Positions 52,901 to 61,203 of a stretch of DNA of 64,000 bases are shown piece by piece (the first letter of the stretch is position 1; the number at the start of each line of letters is the position of its first letter). This stretch comes from Octopus vulgaris. Lineage: Eukaryota. The stretch lies in the NCBI GenBank assembly GCA_951406725.2, contig OX597824.1, forward strand, positions 45,074,001 through 45,138,000. Direction: 5' to 3'. The notes under the pieces were generated by a model. It did no database searches. It was not told where the DNA came from and worked only from the letters and a program-made list of their open reading frames with translations. Made by a program: the position numbers and the translations under genes.

Positions 52901-52977
52901 GGGAATTTGAAAAAGAAAACAAAGATTTACAGCAGCAACTTCTTGTAAACAAGAAGACACTTGCTACTTTGAGAGAG
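1854..52977 (+). CDS. CCDC88A: Girdin/Daple (CCDC88-family) HOOK-domain coiled-coil protein, partial spliced gene model: join(1854-1923,7453-7595,9132-9251,15938-16086,37171-37252,40516-40587,44499-44585,46405-46551,50445-50580,51596-52977); 5' and 3' ends outside window
   Basis: All ten exons have AG/GT boundaries with matching phases (0-1-0-0-2-0-0-0-0-1-0) and give 796 stop-free codons. Peptides match the Girdin/Daple pattern: [118 protein letters not shown]. Probably co-orthologous to vertebrate CCDC88A/B/C, so the symbol is approximate. Confidence 0.92.
1950..2082. repeat. CT-rich low-complexity tract just downstream of the first exon
   Basis: ctctctcttcctctctcctcctctccc repeats. Confidence 0.85.
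3241..3457 (+). mobile_element. SINE family 2 with 13-bp TSD
   Basis: Family motif ctgagttcaaa...gaggtcaactttgcctttcatcctttc; TSD aatatttgatatc at 3228-3240 and 3458-3470. Confidence 0.85.
4247..4483 (-). mobile_element. SINE family 2, antisense, with 14-bp TSD
   Basis: aaaggatgaaaggcaaagtcgacctc...gaatttgaactcagaac; TSD cagaagtttctcat at 4233-4246 and 4484-4497. Confidence 0.85.
6120..6268 (-). mobile_element. SINE family 1, 5' fragment
   Basis: cacttgcccaagg ... actacacaaccatg matches the family head; other decayed pieces near 19070-19200, 25530-25620, 36290-36420, 42955-43100 and 54020-54135. Confidence 0.7.
6772..6894. repeat. Inverted repeat with about 38-bp arms (MITE-like hairpin)
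   Basis: aattttgttgtgtctagggagagtcatcatgccaatat ... atattggcataataactctccctagacacaacaaaatt. Confidence 0.85.
7069..7289. mobile_element. piggyBac-like MITE family A (TTAA-flanked)
   Basis: TTAA-ctctttagc ... gctaaaggg-TTAA; second copy at 61969-62192. Confidence 0.8.
7453..7595 (+). CDS. CCDC88A: Girdin/CCDC88 exon: [48 protein letters not shown]
   Basis: Acceptor cttcag, donor gtaagt; 143 nt, phase 1-0; HOOK-family LLLxLGCAVQC motif. Confidence 0.93.
7884..8280 (-). mobile_element. RTE 3'-end fragment
   Basis: atcatcatttaacgtcc...catgctggcatgggttgg; closely matches the reverse complement of 21890-22272. Confidence 0.85.
9132..9251 (+). CDS. CCDC88A: Girdin/CCDC88 exon: [40 protein letters not shown]
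   Basis: Acceptor ttttggatag, donor gtaagt; 120 nt, phase 0-0; HLxxLxxERDE motif. Confidence 0.87.
12769..13733 (+). mobile_element. Possible LTR-retroelement relic (internally deleted or solo-LTR-like)
   Basis: GC-richer block from TGTA to TACA; TATA-like ctatataaa at about 12903; 78-bp direct repeat at 12930-13007 and 13486-13563; AATAAA at about 13664; tggtgac PBS-like site at 13022; no TSD seen. Confidence 0.45.
13357..13460. repeat. Tandem repeat, about 2.7 x 39 bp
   Basis: ctcagctttgcactggctggcacatcctgca recurs three times, the third copy partial. Confidence 0.85.
15938..16086 (+). CDS. CCDC88A: Girdin/CCDC88 exon: [49 protein letters not shown](L)
   Basis: Acceptor ttcttaatttag, donor gtaagt; 149 nt, phase 0-2; HLxVELADxKAKxRRLRQEL signature. 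Confidence 0.92.
16258..18229 (-). mobile_element. Young 5'-truncated RTE-clade non-LTR retrotransposon (LINE)
   Basis: (CAT)n on + at 16258-16277 is a (GAT)n 3' tail; about 500-nt 3' UTR with internal repeats; uninterrupted RT-region ORF; CpGs retained; similarity to the + copy ends at about 18229. Confidence 0.93.
16768..18189 (-). CDS. RTE LINE ORF C-terminal part: reverse transcriptase with PHD-like zinc finger (N-terminally truncated, no endonuclease)
   Basis: 473-aa ORF with [32 protein letters not shown] (17800-17811), FRYLG and [15 protein letters not shown]. Confidence 0.88.
   Translation of the reverse strand: MQFGFVPGKSTTDAIFLVRQLQEKYLAKDKPLYLAFVDMEKAFDRVPRSLIWWAMRKLGIDEWLVRAVRAMYRDAASRVRVGNEYSEEFRVEVGVHQGSVLSPLLFIIVLQAITEEFKTGCPWELLYADDLALIAESLSELEEKFQVWKQGLESKGLRVNLAKTKVIISRKVDKSHTPSGRWPCSICRKGVGRNSIRCTKCKLWTHKRCSNVKGRLTRKMVFVCGRCSGTINTENALRPTSITFQGEKLEIVDSFRYLGDQVSSGGGCAESVTARVRIAWAKFRELLPLLVTKGLSHRVKGRLYDACVRTAMLHGSETWAVTAEDMRKLARNEASMLRWMCNVSVHNRQSVSTLREKLDLRSISCGVQERRLRWYGHVARMDEDSCVKKCHTLAVEGTCGRGRPRKTWDEVVKHDLRTLGLTEEMTRDRVLWKCAVREKTRQDKRVHNPWPSTWDGANLRMHTFPSWDTKLYL
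19270..22272 (+). mobile_element. Decayed RTE LINE (same family, related subfamily), sense orientation, with frameshifts and stops; interrupted by a nested insertion
   Basis: Fragments [70 protein letters not shown]; 3' UTR motifs and (GAT)n tail ending at 22272. Confidence 0.9.
19439..20217 (-). mobile_element. 5'-truncated RTE 3' end nested antisense inside the + strand RTE
   Basis: (CAT)n at 19439-19457, same terminal stem and gtgctttttacgtgccaccggcac motifs; runs up to the ORF-end PRKTW region; host coding sequence resumes at 20218. Confidence 0.87.
23425..23584 (+). mobile_element. SINE family 2, 5'-truncated, with imperfect 17-bp TSD
   Basis: Family body motif; TSD aatattactttagaagt (23408) / aatatttccttagaagt (23585). 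Confidence 0.75.
24106..24318 (+). mobile_element. SINE family 2 with imperfect 15-bp TSD
   Basis: ggtggcaagctggcagaa...ctgagttcaaattcc...; TSD aatagtgtagttgtc (24091) / aatattgtaggtgtc (24319). Confidence 0.83.
26800..28290 (-). mobile_element. Tigger/pogo-like DDE transposase fossil, interrupted by a MITE
   Basis: Minus strand reads [66 protein letters not shown], with stops and frameshifts. Confidence 0.85.
27848..28267. mobile_element. 420-bp MITE/foldback element with about 150-bp TIRs and TA target duplication
   Basis: TA|CATGGGAAAATGCAAGCAAGAGAAAT ... ATTTCTCTTGCTTGCATTTTTCCATG|TA; arms about 27848-28010 and 28130-28267. Confidence 0.85.
28431..28652. mobile_element. piggyBac-like MITE family B (TTAA-flanked)
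   Basis: TTAA-ccctttcgttac ... gtaacaaaaggg-TTAA; second copy at 60528-60756. Confidence 0.82.
29596..29691. repeat. Tandem repeat, about 2.7 x 34 bp
   Basis: caaattaactattgtgatcttagttaaaatagtt repeated. Confidence 0.88.
30499..30670. repeat. (CT)n microsatellite
   Basis: About 170 bp of nearly pure ct. Confidence 0.97.
34037..34535. repeat. About 500-bp imperfect palindrome (foldback) with almost no spacer
   Basis: Arms pair throughout, e.g. ataatagatacttggttcat / atgaaccaagtatctattat and aaacgattatagatgtgaaaaaccatatattgt / acaatatatggtttttcacatctataatcgttt; centre near 34272. Confidence 0.92.
34555..34808 (-). mobile_element. RTE 3'-end fragment
   Basis: (CAT)n tail, ttccatgcaggcatgggttgg, ctggatgcccttcctaacacc, gtgctttttacatgccac. 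Confidence 0.82.
35360..35650 (-). mobile_element. RTE 3'-end fragment
   Basis: Same tail and terminal motifs, more diverged; similar short pieces at about 780-840 (+), 1140-1245 (+), 6345-6510 (+), 25320-25410 (-), 43485-43610 (-) and 58762-58940 (-). Confidence 0.75.
37171..37252 (+). CDS. CCDC88A: Girdin/CCDC88 exon: (L)[27 protein letters not shown]
   Basis: Poly-T tract plus gtcattag acceptor, donor gtaagt; 82 nt, phase 2-0; completes RQEL-EEKTE. Confidence 0.9.
40516..40587 (+). CDS. CCDC88A: Girdin/CCDC88 exon: [24 protein letters not shown]
   Basis: Acceptor tttctttttag, donor gtaagt; 72 nt, phase 0-0; ARxYRDExDxLREK motif. Confidence 0.92.
40895..41291 (+). mobile_element. Near-full-length tRNA-derived SINE, family 1 (young)
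   Basis: A-box-like tggctgtgtgg, B-box-like ggttcagtccc, ccttgggcaagtg core, internal TA/TG microsatellite, (gtaaaaga)n tail; CpGs retained. Confidence 0.85.
43640..44010 (+). mobile_element. Ancient LINE (RTE-like) ORF C-terminal remnant
   Basis: Decayed [39 protein letters not shown] reads like a LINE post-RT region. Confidence 0.5.
44499..44585 (+). CDS. CCDC88A: Girdin/CCDC88 exon: [29 protein letters not shown]
   Basis: Acceptor ttttgttacag, donor gtgagt; 87 nt, phase 0-0. Confidence 0.91.
46084..46157. repeat. 33-bp inverted repeat hairpin (1 mismatch)
   Basis: ttggagggtaatactgaaacattctcatcatca ... tgatgatgagaatgtttcagcattaccctccaa. Confidence 0.9.
46405..46551 (+). CDS. CCDC88A: Girdin/CCDC88 exon: [49 protein letters not shown]
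   Basis: Acceptor ttttacttttag, donor gtcagt; 147 nt, phase 0-0; ELKEDN..LxETxxMLExQ motif. Confidence 0.91.
46960..48120 (-). mobile_element. Old, highly degenerate RTE LINE fragment
   Basis: Minus-strand remnants [32 protein letters not shown]; many stops. Confidence 0.75.
48125..49294 (-). mobile_element. Mariner (Tc1/mariner) transposon fossil
   Basis: Fragments [10 protein letters not shown] (WVPRxL motif), [52 protein letters not shown]; probable TIR near 49270-49294 next to TA; other end not recognisable. Confidence 0.88.
49536..49725 (+). mobile_element. SINE family 2 copy
   Basis: aggtggtgagctggc...gactttgcttttcatccttttggg...gagtaccagttg; another antisense fragment at about 22865-22990. 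Confidence 0.75.
50065..50216. repeat. Imperfect inverted repeat with about 60-bp arms (MITE-like)
   Basis: aatgaatacagaggta...gaatttaaaagttatatt / aatataacttttaaattc...tacccctgtattcatt. Confidence 0.8.
50445..50580 (+). CDS. CCDC88A: Girdin/CCDC88 exon: [45 protein letters not shown](G)
   Basis: Acceptor catttttag; donor gtggga at 50581 is weak but is the phase-1 site required by the next exon; 136 nt. Confidence 0.85.
51596..52977 (+). CDS. CCDC88A: Girdin/CCDC88 large coiled-coil exon ([23 protein letters not shown]...KKTLATLRE)
   Basis: Acceptor tacttttctttag, donor gtgagt at 52978; 1382 nt, phase 1-0; core of the 511-aa ORF, E/K/L-rich heptads. Confidence 0.94.
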
Positions 52978-54922
52978 GTGAGTTGTACACTAAATGTTAT
53001 ATATTACTTTTCAAAACAAAGTTTCTTAATAATGCATTTTCTAATTCTCTTTTATCATAGTTTGAAGTTAGTTCTGCTTCTTTGTAATGCTTTAGGAATT
53101 TGAGTAATTTAGAAAATGCTTTCTTGTACTTTCTTAACTGTTTAAACTGATATTTTAAATAGTTTCAATCTGAGCTATTAGAAAGATTATCAAAAAGCAG
53201 CTATTCAGTATTATCTTTTATTGTATACATATTTTCACTTAGATACATCAGTTCAGTTAATTTAATAACTGAAACATAGAAGCAATTATAACACTGTGTT
53301 GGATTACATATTTTGGGATTTTGCTTTTCACTTTGTTATAAAACTTCTGCAGTCAACTTTATTTATTACATCTCTTATTTTATTGACCTAAGTCAATAGA
53401 ATGAGAGTAACTAAATACTATAAGACAAGTACTAGAGTTCATTTGACTTTGAACATCTTGATGAAGAGCAGAGATTTAATGTAAGTCAAAGTTGAAAATA
53501 TATATATAAATGATAATTGAGGGCAATTAAAATTCTGCAAATGACCGAGACCTACAATTAATGTTTCATAATATCTAATACCTCTCATTTCCGTCTCATT
53601 TCCTACTCCTGGCAGATTCACCTAAACTAAGAAATTAGTCATTGACATACTACGCCTAATTCAATCAACTCCATTCTTTTATAGAAAAAAAAATTAAAGC
53701 CATATAAACTAGTCAAATGCATTACTGTTCTAATAAAGTACATTTGTAGATTACATTGAATAGGAAAATCCTGTTTGTATCATTTGAATACAGATTAGAT
53801 TGTATTTTAACTTGGAAACTGAATATAAAACAGTATTGAATACTGAATATAATTGAAGAAAAAAAAACTTGTTTTGATGTGAGCAGAGTAAAAGTAAAAA
53901 AAGGCATAAAACAATGTTTTATTAGCCATTTTCAGGATGCATATTGTTATGCTTCTGAGTTTAGTAAAGTTCACTGTATAGAGTTTTAAAAGACTAACAT
54001 ACCCAATCCATTTACTCAACACTGCTATAGTTTCAGGTTGACCTGAAACTATAGTAGAACACTCTTGCCCAAAGTGCCATGCAGTGGGACTGAAGCGGGA
54101 ACTGTATAGTTGTGAAGGAAACTTTTTACCACACACATTGCTAGAAACAATATGTTTCTTCTATATTTAGTTATTAGAAAGTTGGTTTGGTGAAGTCAAT
54201 CAATAACTTAATTTGATGTTTTCCTTTATACTCAGAACAAGTCAGTTAACTTTTTAATTATTTAGATAAATAAAGTGGATTGGCATTCCTCACCTTAGCA
54301 GATGACACATACTGAGTGACATTGCTGCTGTTCATTTTCACCTTAAACTTCTGTTGATTATTAGGAACATTGTATGTAAGGAGGAAGTCCTAGGTAGCTG
54401 CAGTTCTGAAGAGGAGAGTTTAGCATAGGATTTGGAAAAGATGACAAGTGGTAGAATAAACAGATGGGTATGAAGACGGTCTACAGATAATTTGAAAGAG
54501 CAGAATTTACTATACTACAAATGACAAGAAACAGTTTGTGAGTTGGTGTGACACATTGGTTAGTGAATATTTGCCAATCAGCTGGATTACTTTTGTATAT
54601 GTTTTAAGTTACTTGTGTGTATGTGTAAACAGTAATAGTACTACTACTAGTATATGGATAGTACATTTTGGATCATACTTGAAACCAATTGGATATGTAA
54701 TATTTTATGGCTCTGAAGTGGTCATCTTTTCTCAGAATGTAGTTTTGGTAATGTTATAGATGTGTAATGCATGAAAGATCAGAGATTATGAGGCCTGTAT
54801 TTTATAGCCATTTTGAAGTTTGAGCTGTGTATTGTCAGGTTTAAGAAGATTGCAGTCTTTTATATATTTCACTTAGGCAAAGCAATACTAATAACCTGGT
54901 GTTAGAACTCAATATATGTATC

Positions 54923-56135
54923 CTCATCATCATTTCACATCTATTTTCCATGCTGGCATGGATTGAGTAATTTGATAGGAGCTGGCAAGGCCAGAAGCCA
55001 CACCAGGTTACATAGTCTGTTTTATCTTGGTTTCTACAGCTGGATGCCCTGCCTAATGGCAACTAATTTACAGAGTGTATTTGGTGCTTTTTACATGGCA
55101 CCATCACCAGTGCTTTTTATGTGGCACCATCACCAGTGCTTTTTATGTGACACCATCACCAGTGCTTTTTATGTGACACCATCACCAGTGCTTTATGTGA
55201 CACCATCACCAGCACTTTTTATGTGGCACCATCACCAGCACTTTTTATGTGACACCATCACCAGTGTTTTTTGCATGACACCAATACCAACAGGGCCACT
55301 GAGTTCCTTGCAAGACAAAAAACCCTCAACTATGAGTGGAGGATAGCATTAAGTGGGTGAGGCTTTGTGCCAGTTAAGAGATTTAAGGTATAAAAGTGAC
55401 AGATATAGGTGCCTTACTGTAGAGTAGATACATGGATACCTCAGATGGAAAATAAAGGAGAGTGGGTTAGAGAGTAAGATAAAAAGAGCAATAGTGAGAG
55501 AGGGATGAAGATGTGCTGGGATATTTCCTTGAGGGACATTGGGGTGGTGTGAATAGGTGAGGTGATATAGAAGCTTGGGCTGAGTGAGTGGACAGGATGA
55601 GGTAACTGTAGCAGATGATGGAGATATAGAAGAGGCTCAGGGATGAATGTTGTGGTAGATATGTAAGGGCATTCAGGGGAAGAGGCTTGGGGATGGAGGT
55701 AGCAGTAGATATGTGAGGACATTGAAGGTGATAGCAGGTAAGTAAAGTGTTGATGGAGAGCAGCATAGGAAGGAGAGAGAAAGCACAGAAAGGAGGTGAT
55801 TTGTGGAAACAGTAGGCAGGGGAAGAAAGGTAACTGTGAAAGTCAAGGGATGTAGTATGTACCTATTCTGCTCTCAAGTGATAGAGGAAGTGATGGGTGT
55901 TAGGGGATGAAATGTGGGGGGAGAAGGTAGAGAGGATGGAGGTAAACATTACCAAGGTGGTTTAAGGGTATCAATTCTACTGTAGTGGACAGGTCTCTTT
56001 GAGTACAGCAAGACACCAGATATATCAGTCCTTTGTCATCTCCTGTCATCTGCTGTAAGGGACAGCATCTTAAGATCAACCTTCAAAACCTTGGCTCATA
56101 TCTTCCTGGGCCTCCCTCTTCCAAAAGTTCTATTC
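54923..56135 (-). mobile_element. RTE 3' portion with long 3' UTR and internal 26-bp tandem array
   Basis: Tail catcatcat at 54925; ctggatgccc motif; ORF-end remnant GRGRPRKI on - at about 56095-56130. Confidence 0.72.
55084..55289. repeat. Minisatellite, 8 units of about 26 bp (gtgctttttatgtgRcaccatcacca)
   Basis: Units counted directly; the unit derives from the RTE 3' UTR motif. Confidence 0.92.
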
Positions 56136-58236
56136 ACGTATACTTCAGAATAAAGCATTAGTCAAATACTGCATGTACTATGAAATTAAATAAAGGACAA
56201 AATAACAAGAGATTACACAATGAATTTCATTGGACTAGGTTATTATATTCCCATTAGAGGACATTTCCGGGGTTCCTGTTCATGAAAACAGTTTATGTAT
56301 AGCATAAAGTATCTAGGTTACATGTGAATTTTATCTAGATTCCAGAATTAAGGAGTGTGGTGTTGTCTACAAGATTTGTATTTATAGTTAGAAATTATAA
56401 AGTGAAGGTCATTAATACAACAGAGAAAGAATGTGATAGACTGCAACCCATGTGAATTGGTAGAATGTGAGACATAGAGAGCTTAAGATAAGATGGATTC
56501 ATCTGGTAGAAAACATCTGATCTAAGGGATGAGTGATTGATGTAGTCTAGAGAGTATCTTCTGGCAAACTCAGCTGAAGGTTGATCCTTATGTCAAGAAC
56601 AACAACACTGCTTTGATTGACATTCTCAAGATTAAGAGATGGCTACTGAATAATGTAGAAGAGCAAGTCTAGTAGAACAGGCTCTACAAGCCAATAAAAC
56701 CTCCATCAGTTATACAAAACCATTCTGCCTACTACAGTGAATTATACCCATTTATAATATTAGCATACTTACACCTGCTTATTTAGTGAAAGAAAACAAA
56801 ACAAAGAGACATCTACTTTTCCATAATTTATTACTTAACATAGGCCTCCCCAGTGAGCTTCAGAAAAACTAACTACAGGAATTCTGAATGTCCACATTTA
56901 TAATTTAAAAAATTGATTTTCTTATATGTTACAAAGTATTCAGTTGAATGTTTTCAGTAGTTTCAGAATTGTACTCGGAAAAGAACATTAAGTATAGTTT
57001 TCAAAGACTTTAATTAACTCATATTTTTCTGTTATTTGTTAGGCCATTCCAGATGTAGTTGTTTCTTTTTATATATAATAATGGAATTTTTGTATGAAAA
57101 CAAAAAATATTTTTGACTAATAAATCTCACTTAAAAACTGTTAATCAATTAATGAATTTAAATTGCAAAAGAAAGGTCTGAAATGTTTAACTCCTCTTAC
57201 CAATATCAAAACCATCTAGACTTTTTTTTTCAAATAGTTTAAAATATTCAAGATTTTATCAAACAATTTGAATACAAGTTGTAAAATTGTTTTCATTTGG
57301 AAAATCCTTTCTTACATATTTTGGTAATATACTCTACCATTGTGTCAGCATAGAAATGAATGATCTTGAATTGTTACTGCCTATAGGTTGGCACCACATC
57401 CTTTTAAATTCATATCAATAAAGTAACAGTAATATCTTTGTACCTAATCAATCAAATTTATCCTTTTTTTTTTAGCTGCCTTATACCTAACAAAAAAAAA
57501 CCGGTTACAAATTACTAAGAATACTTTACTACTACTATTTATTTATTCTGTTGATCATCAAAATATTGGTCTTTGGATTTACCTATGCCATCAGCATATG
57601 GAGATTCTTTATTAGGCTCCTTTTTATTGCAGTTAAATCTTGTAGTGATTACCTTTTTATCAACAGAATTTGCAAACTTCAGTGTGGGGTGTTGACAGTC
57701 TCATCTAAATATGAATGTTTTAGTAACTAAATCAATGAAAATCTATACGTGATAAAATTCCATTTTTTATATTTTGATAGTTTAAATTCTTCTGTAGATA
57801 GATATATAGCTATAAAAGTATAGGTGGATTCCTCTTCAACTTCCTTTCTGTGTAGGCGAAGTATAGACTTTTCATTAACATGTTATCCATTTGTGATAAC
57901 TATTTTAAAGCTTTTACATTCCTCTCAATGTTACACAAATGTAATGTGTTCAAATAAGAAATGTTTGACTCATAACACAAGAATGACTTAGGGTGTGACC
58001 TTATGTGAACAAGTTGCTATCAACTTAAAATTCTAGTTGTTTTTTTTGTTTAATTATATATTGACCTCTTTTTTATTCGTTGTGTATGTGTGTACATGTG
58101 CACACGTGTATTCAGACATTTGCTTTGATCATTGGAAATCAGTGACCATGATTAAATAAGAAAGTTTATGAAACTAAGCGAGGATTTGATTTTTTTAATT
58201 ATGTACCCCACTCCCCAACACATATCCACTATATAT

Positions 58237-58279
58237 ATGCTAGCATGGAAAACGGACGCTAAATGATGATGATGATGAT
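58237..58279 (+). mobile_element. Ultra-short (about 43 bp) RTE 3' terminus insertion
   Basis: atgctagcatggaaaacggacgctaaatgatgatgatgatgat is nearly identical to the extreme 3' end of the young 16258 element; AT-repeat flanks on both sides. Confidence 0.8.
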
Positions 58280-58473
58280 ATATTAAGTACTTTTGTGAAA
58301 GAAAATTAAAGTACTATGTATGTAACACACATGCAAACATAATTGTTATCTGCTATATGACTTATGGCTTATTTTTGTATTGATTGGCTTTTAACATAAA
58401 ATTATCTAGTGATTTAATTATTTAAAAAATAGGGGTTCCTTCTTTAGAAGATAACCAATACTTTATAAAAGAA

Positions 58474-58520
<47 letters not shown>

Positions 58521-58565
58521 CTAAATTTCTAAATCTCTCGTAGAGACATGTACGGTGGTGGGGCG

Positions 58566-58654
58566 ATAGAATGGTTGTATACTGTCAATCTAACACGAAC
58601 GTGACAGGTGAACCCCCCTACTGTCACGTTCGTGTTAGATTGACAGTATACAAC

Positions 58655-58662
<8 letters not shown>
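58566..58662. repeat. Perfect 42-bp inverted repeat with 13-nt loop, between (TA)n runs
   Basis: 58566-58607 is the exact reverse complement of 58621-58662. Confidence 0.93.
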
Positions 58663-58685
<23 letters not shown>

Positions 58686-59049
58686 GGTATATATATGTAT
58701 GTATATAACAATTGCAGCGTGGAATGTGTTTATAAAATGACTTCAGACGTTTATACAATTTCTTCATCATTTAGTGTCCATGTTCCATATTAGCATAGAC
58801 TAGACAGTTTGACAGGTTTAGATGAGCCCAAGGACTGTTGTGTGTACTGCTATCTACTTTGGCATGGTTTCTATGACTGGCATGGCTTCTTAATGCCAGC
58901 CACTTTACAGCTTTTGCTAGGTGCTTTTTTTTGTGCAACTAGCAGACTACAAATTCCGAGAGAGGTGGCTTTATGCCAGGAGATGAGGGGCAGAAAAGAA
59001 GGCATAGCAGAACTGGTTCCTTGTTGTAGAGGTGCTACATAGCTGAACA

Positions 59050-59053
59050 TATA

Positions 59054-59110
<57 letters not shown>

Positions 59111-59197
59111 GTGTATATGCATATATGTGTATGTGTATATGCATATATGTGTATGTGTATATGCATATATGTGTATTTGTATGTATATATGTGTATT

Positions 59198-59228
<31 letters not shown>

Positions 59229-59886
59229 GTATTTATATATATGCATATATATGTATTTGTATGTATATATATATGTGTATTTATATATATATGTATATAT
59301 GTGTATTTATATATATGCATATATATGTATTTGTATGTATATATATATATATATGTGTATTTATATATATATGTATATATGTGTATTTATATATATGCAT
59401 ATATATGTATTTGTATGTATATATATATATATATATATGTGTATTTATATATATATATATATATATGTGTATTTATATATATATGTATATATGTGTATTT
59501 ATATATATGCATATATATGTATTTGTATATATATGTATATATGTGTATTTATATATATGCATATATATGTATTTGTATATATATATATATATGTATATAT
59601 GTGTATTTATATATATGCATATATATGTATTTGTATATATATATATATATGTATATATGTGTATTTATATATATGCATATATATGTATTTGTATATATAT
59701 ATGTGTATTTATATATATATGTGTATTTATATATATGCATATATGTGTATTTGTATATATATATATATATATATATGTGTATTTATATATATGTATATAT
59801 GTGTATTTATATATATGCATATGTTATTTGTATTTATATATATATAATATAGCATAATATGTGTATTTGTGTATATGTATATAATA

Positions 59887-59927
<41 letters not shown>

Positions 59928-59963
59928 TATATGTGTATTTATATATATGCATATATGTGTATT

Positions 59964-59996
<33 letters not shown>

Positions 59997-60001
59997 GTAT
60001 G

Positions 60002-60032
<31 letters not shown>

Positions 60033-60425
60033 ATGTGTGTGTGTGCATGTATGTATGTATATATATATATATGTGTGTGTGTGCATGTATGTATGTATAT
60101 ATATGTGTGTGTGTGTGTGTGCATGTATATATATATGTGTGTGTGTGTGTGCATGTATATATATATATGTATATGCGTGTGTATATGTATATGCGTGTAT
60201 ATATGTATATATATGTGTATTTACATATATATGTGTGTGTATATATATATATATATATGTATATGCATATATATGTATTTGTATGCATGTATGTAAGTAT
60301 GTATATAATTTCGTGTATGCATAAACAAGTAGATTTATGCATTTTTGTATGTATATGCATATATGTGTGCATATATGTAAGTATATGTACGTATATTTAT
60401 ACATGTATTTGTGTGTATATGTATT
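59050..60425. repeat. Compound (TA)/(TG) microsatellite with higher-order repeat units
   Basis: Recurring atatatgtgtatttatatatatgcatatatatgtatttgt blocks with variable TA lengths. Confidence 0.95.
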
Positions 60426-60527
60426 ATGGTTTCTTTCATATCCTATCTGTATTCTTTCTCATATGTGAATGCATTATTGCTCCTATTGTTAGCAGAAATA
60501 ACATTTTGTATTGCTTTGTATTTGTTA

Positions 60528-60756
60528 TTAACCCTTTCATTACTGTATTTATTTTGAGATGCTCTGTGCTTCTTTGAATTAATTTTTAATATAACAAAGA
60601 ATTCAGTAAAATAACTTAGTTTTCATTAAGCTAGTGTTAGGAACATAAATTGTGACTAAGGTTTGGTTTAAGATTTTAGTTCAGAACTCATTAAAATAAG
60701 ACATTTCTACCATAGTGCTAGAGCCAGTTCGGCTGAATTGCTATTGAAATTGTTAA
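60528..60756. mobile_element. piggyBac-like MITE family B, copy 2
   Basis: TTAA-ccctttcattactgtatttattttgagatgctctgtg... closely matches the 28431 copy; right TIR degenerate. Confidence 0.78.
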
Positions 60757-61165
60757 GATACACAAATTGACTTAGGGACTCCATTGGCTATTGTATGATA
60801 TATGAACTACTCGGTAATCTTGTTGATATTTGCTTTCAAAACATTAGGAGCTCTTAACAGTTTATTTATGTTGTAGGTATTGAAAAGAAAAGTTCTGTTG
60901 CACAAGCCTCAAATTCCAGTTTTTATGTTGATGTAATGAATGGAGAAATTGTATAGCAGAAGTCTCTAACTCCATTGAAAGATTCATGATGATAGTGACC
61001 CTTTAATGCTATAGATTTGACGAGATCATTGTAATGATCATTGTGACGATCATAAATATAGATATGGATTTTTTCCTCAGGCTTTTGATGTTCCTGAAGC
61101 CCCTCTATTTGGTTCTAGAATCAAAAGGGATTATATGCACACATGTGCACACACAAACACACGTA

Positions 61166-61203
<38 letters not shown>

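Noticed and set aside
51568-53103. 511-aa ORF as a stand-alone single-exon gene
   Set aside because: It starts at TTG inside a polypyrimidine tract and runs past a gtgagt donor; it is the large internal Girdin exon plus intron read-through.
55084-55289. CRISPR-like repeat array (also considered for 33230-33460)
   Set aside because: No unique spacers, no cas genes, eukaryotic intron; these are tandem repeats.
58971-60577. Many long ORFs rich in Y/I/C/V/M/H/T
   Set aside because: Stop-poor (TA)/(TG) microsatellite translations.
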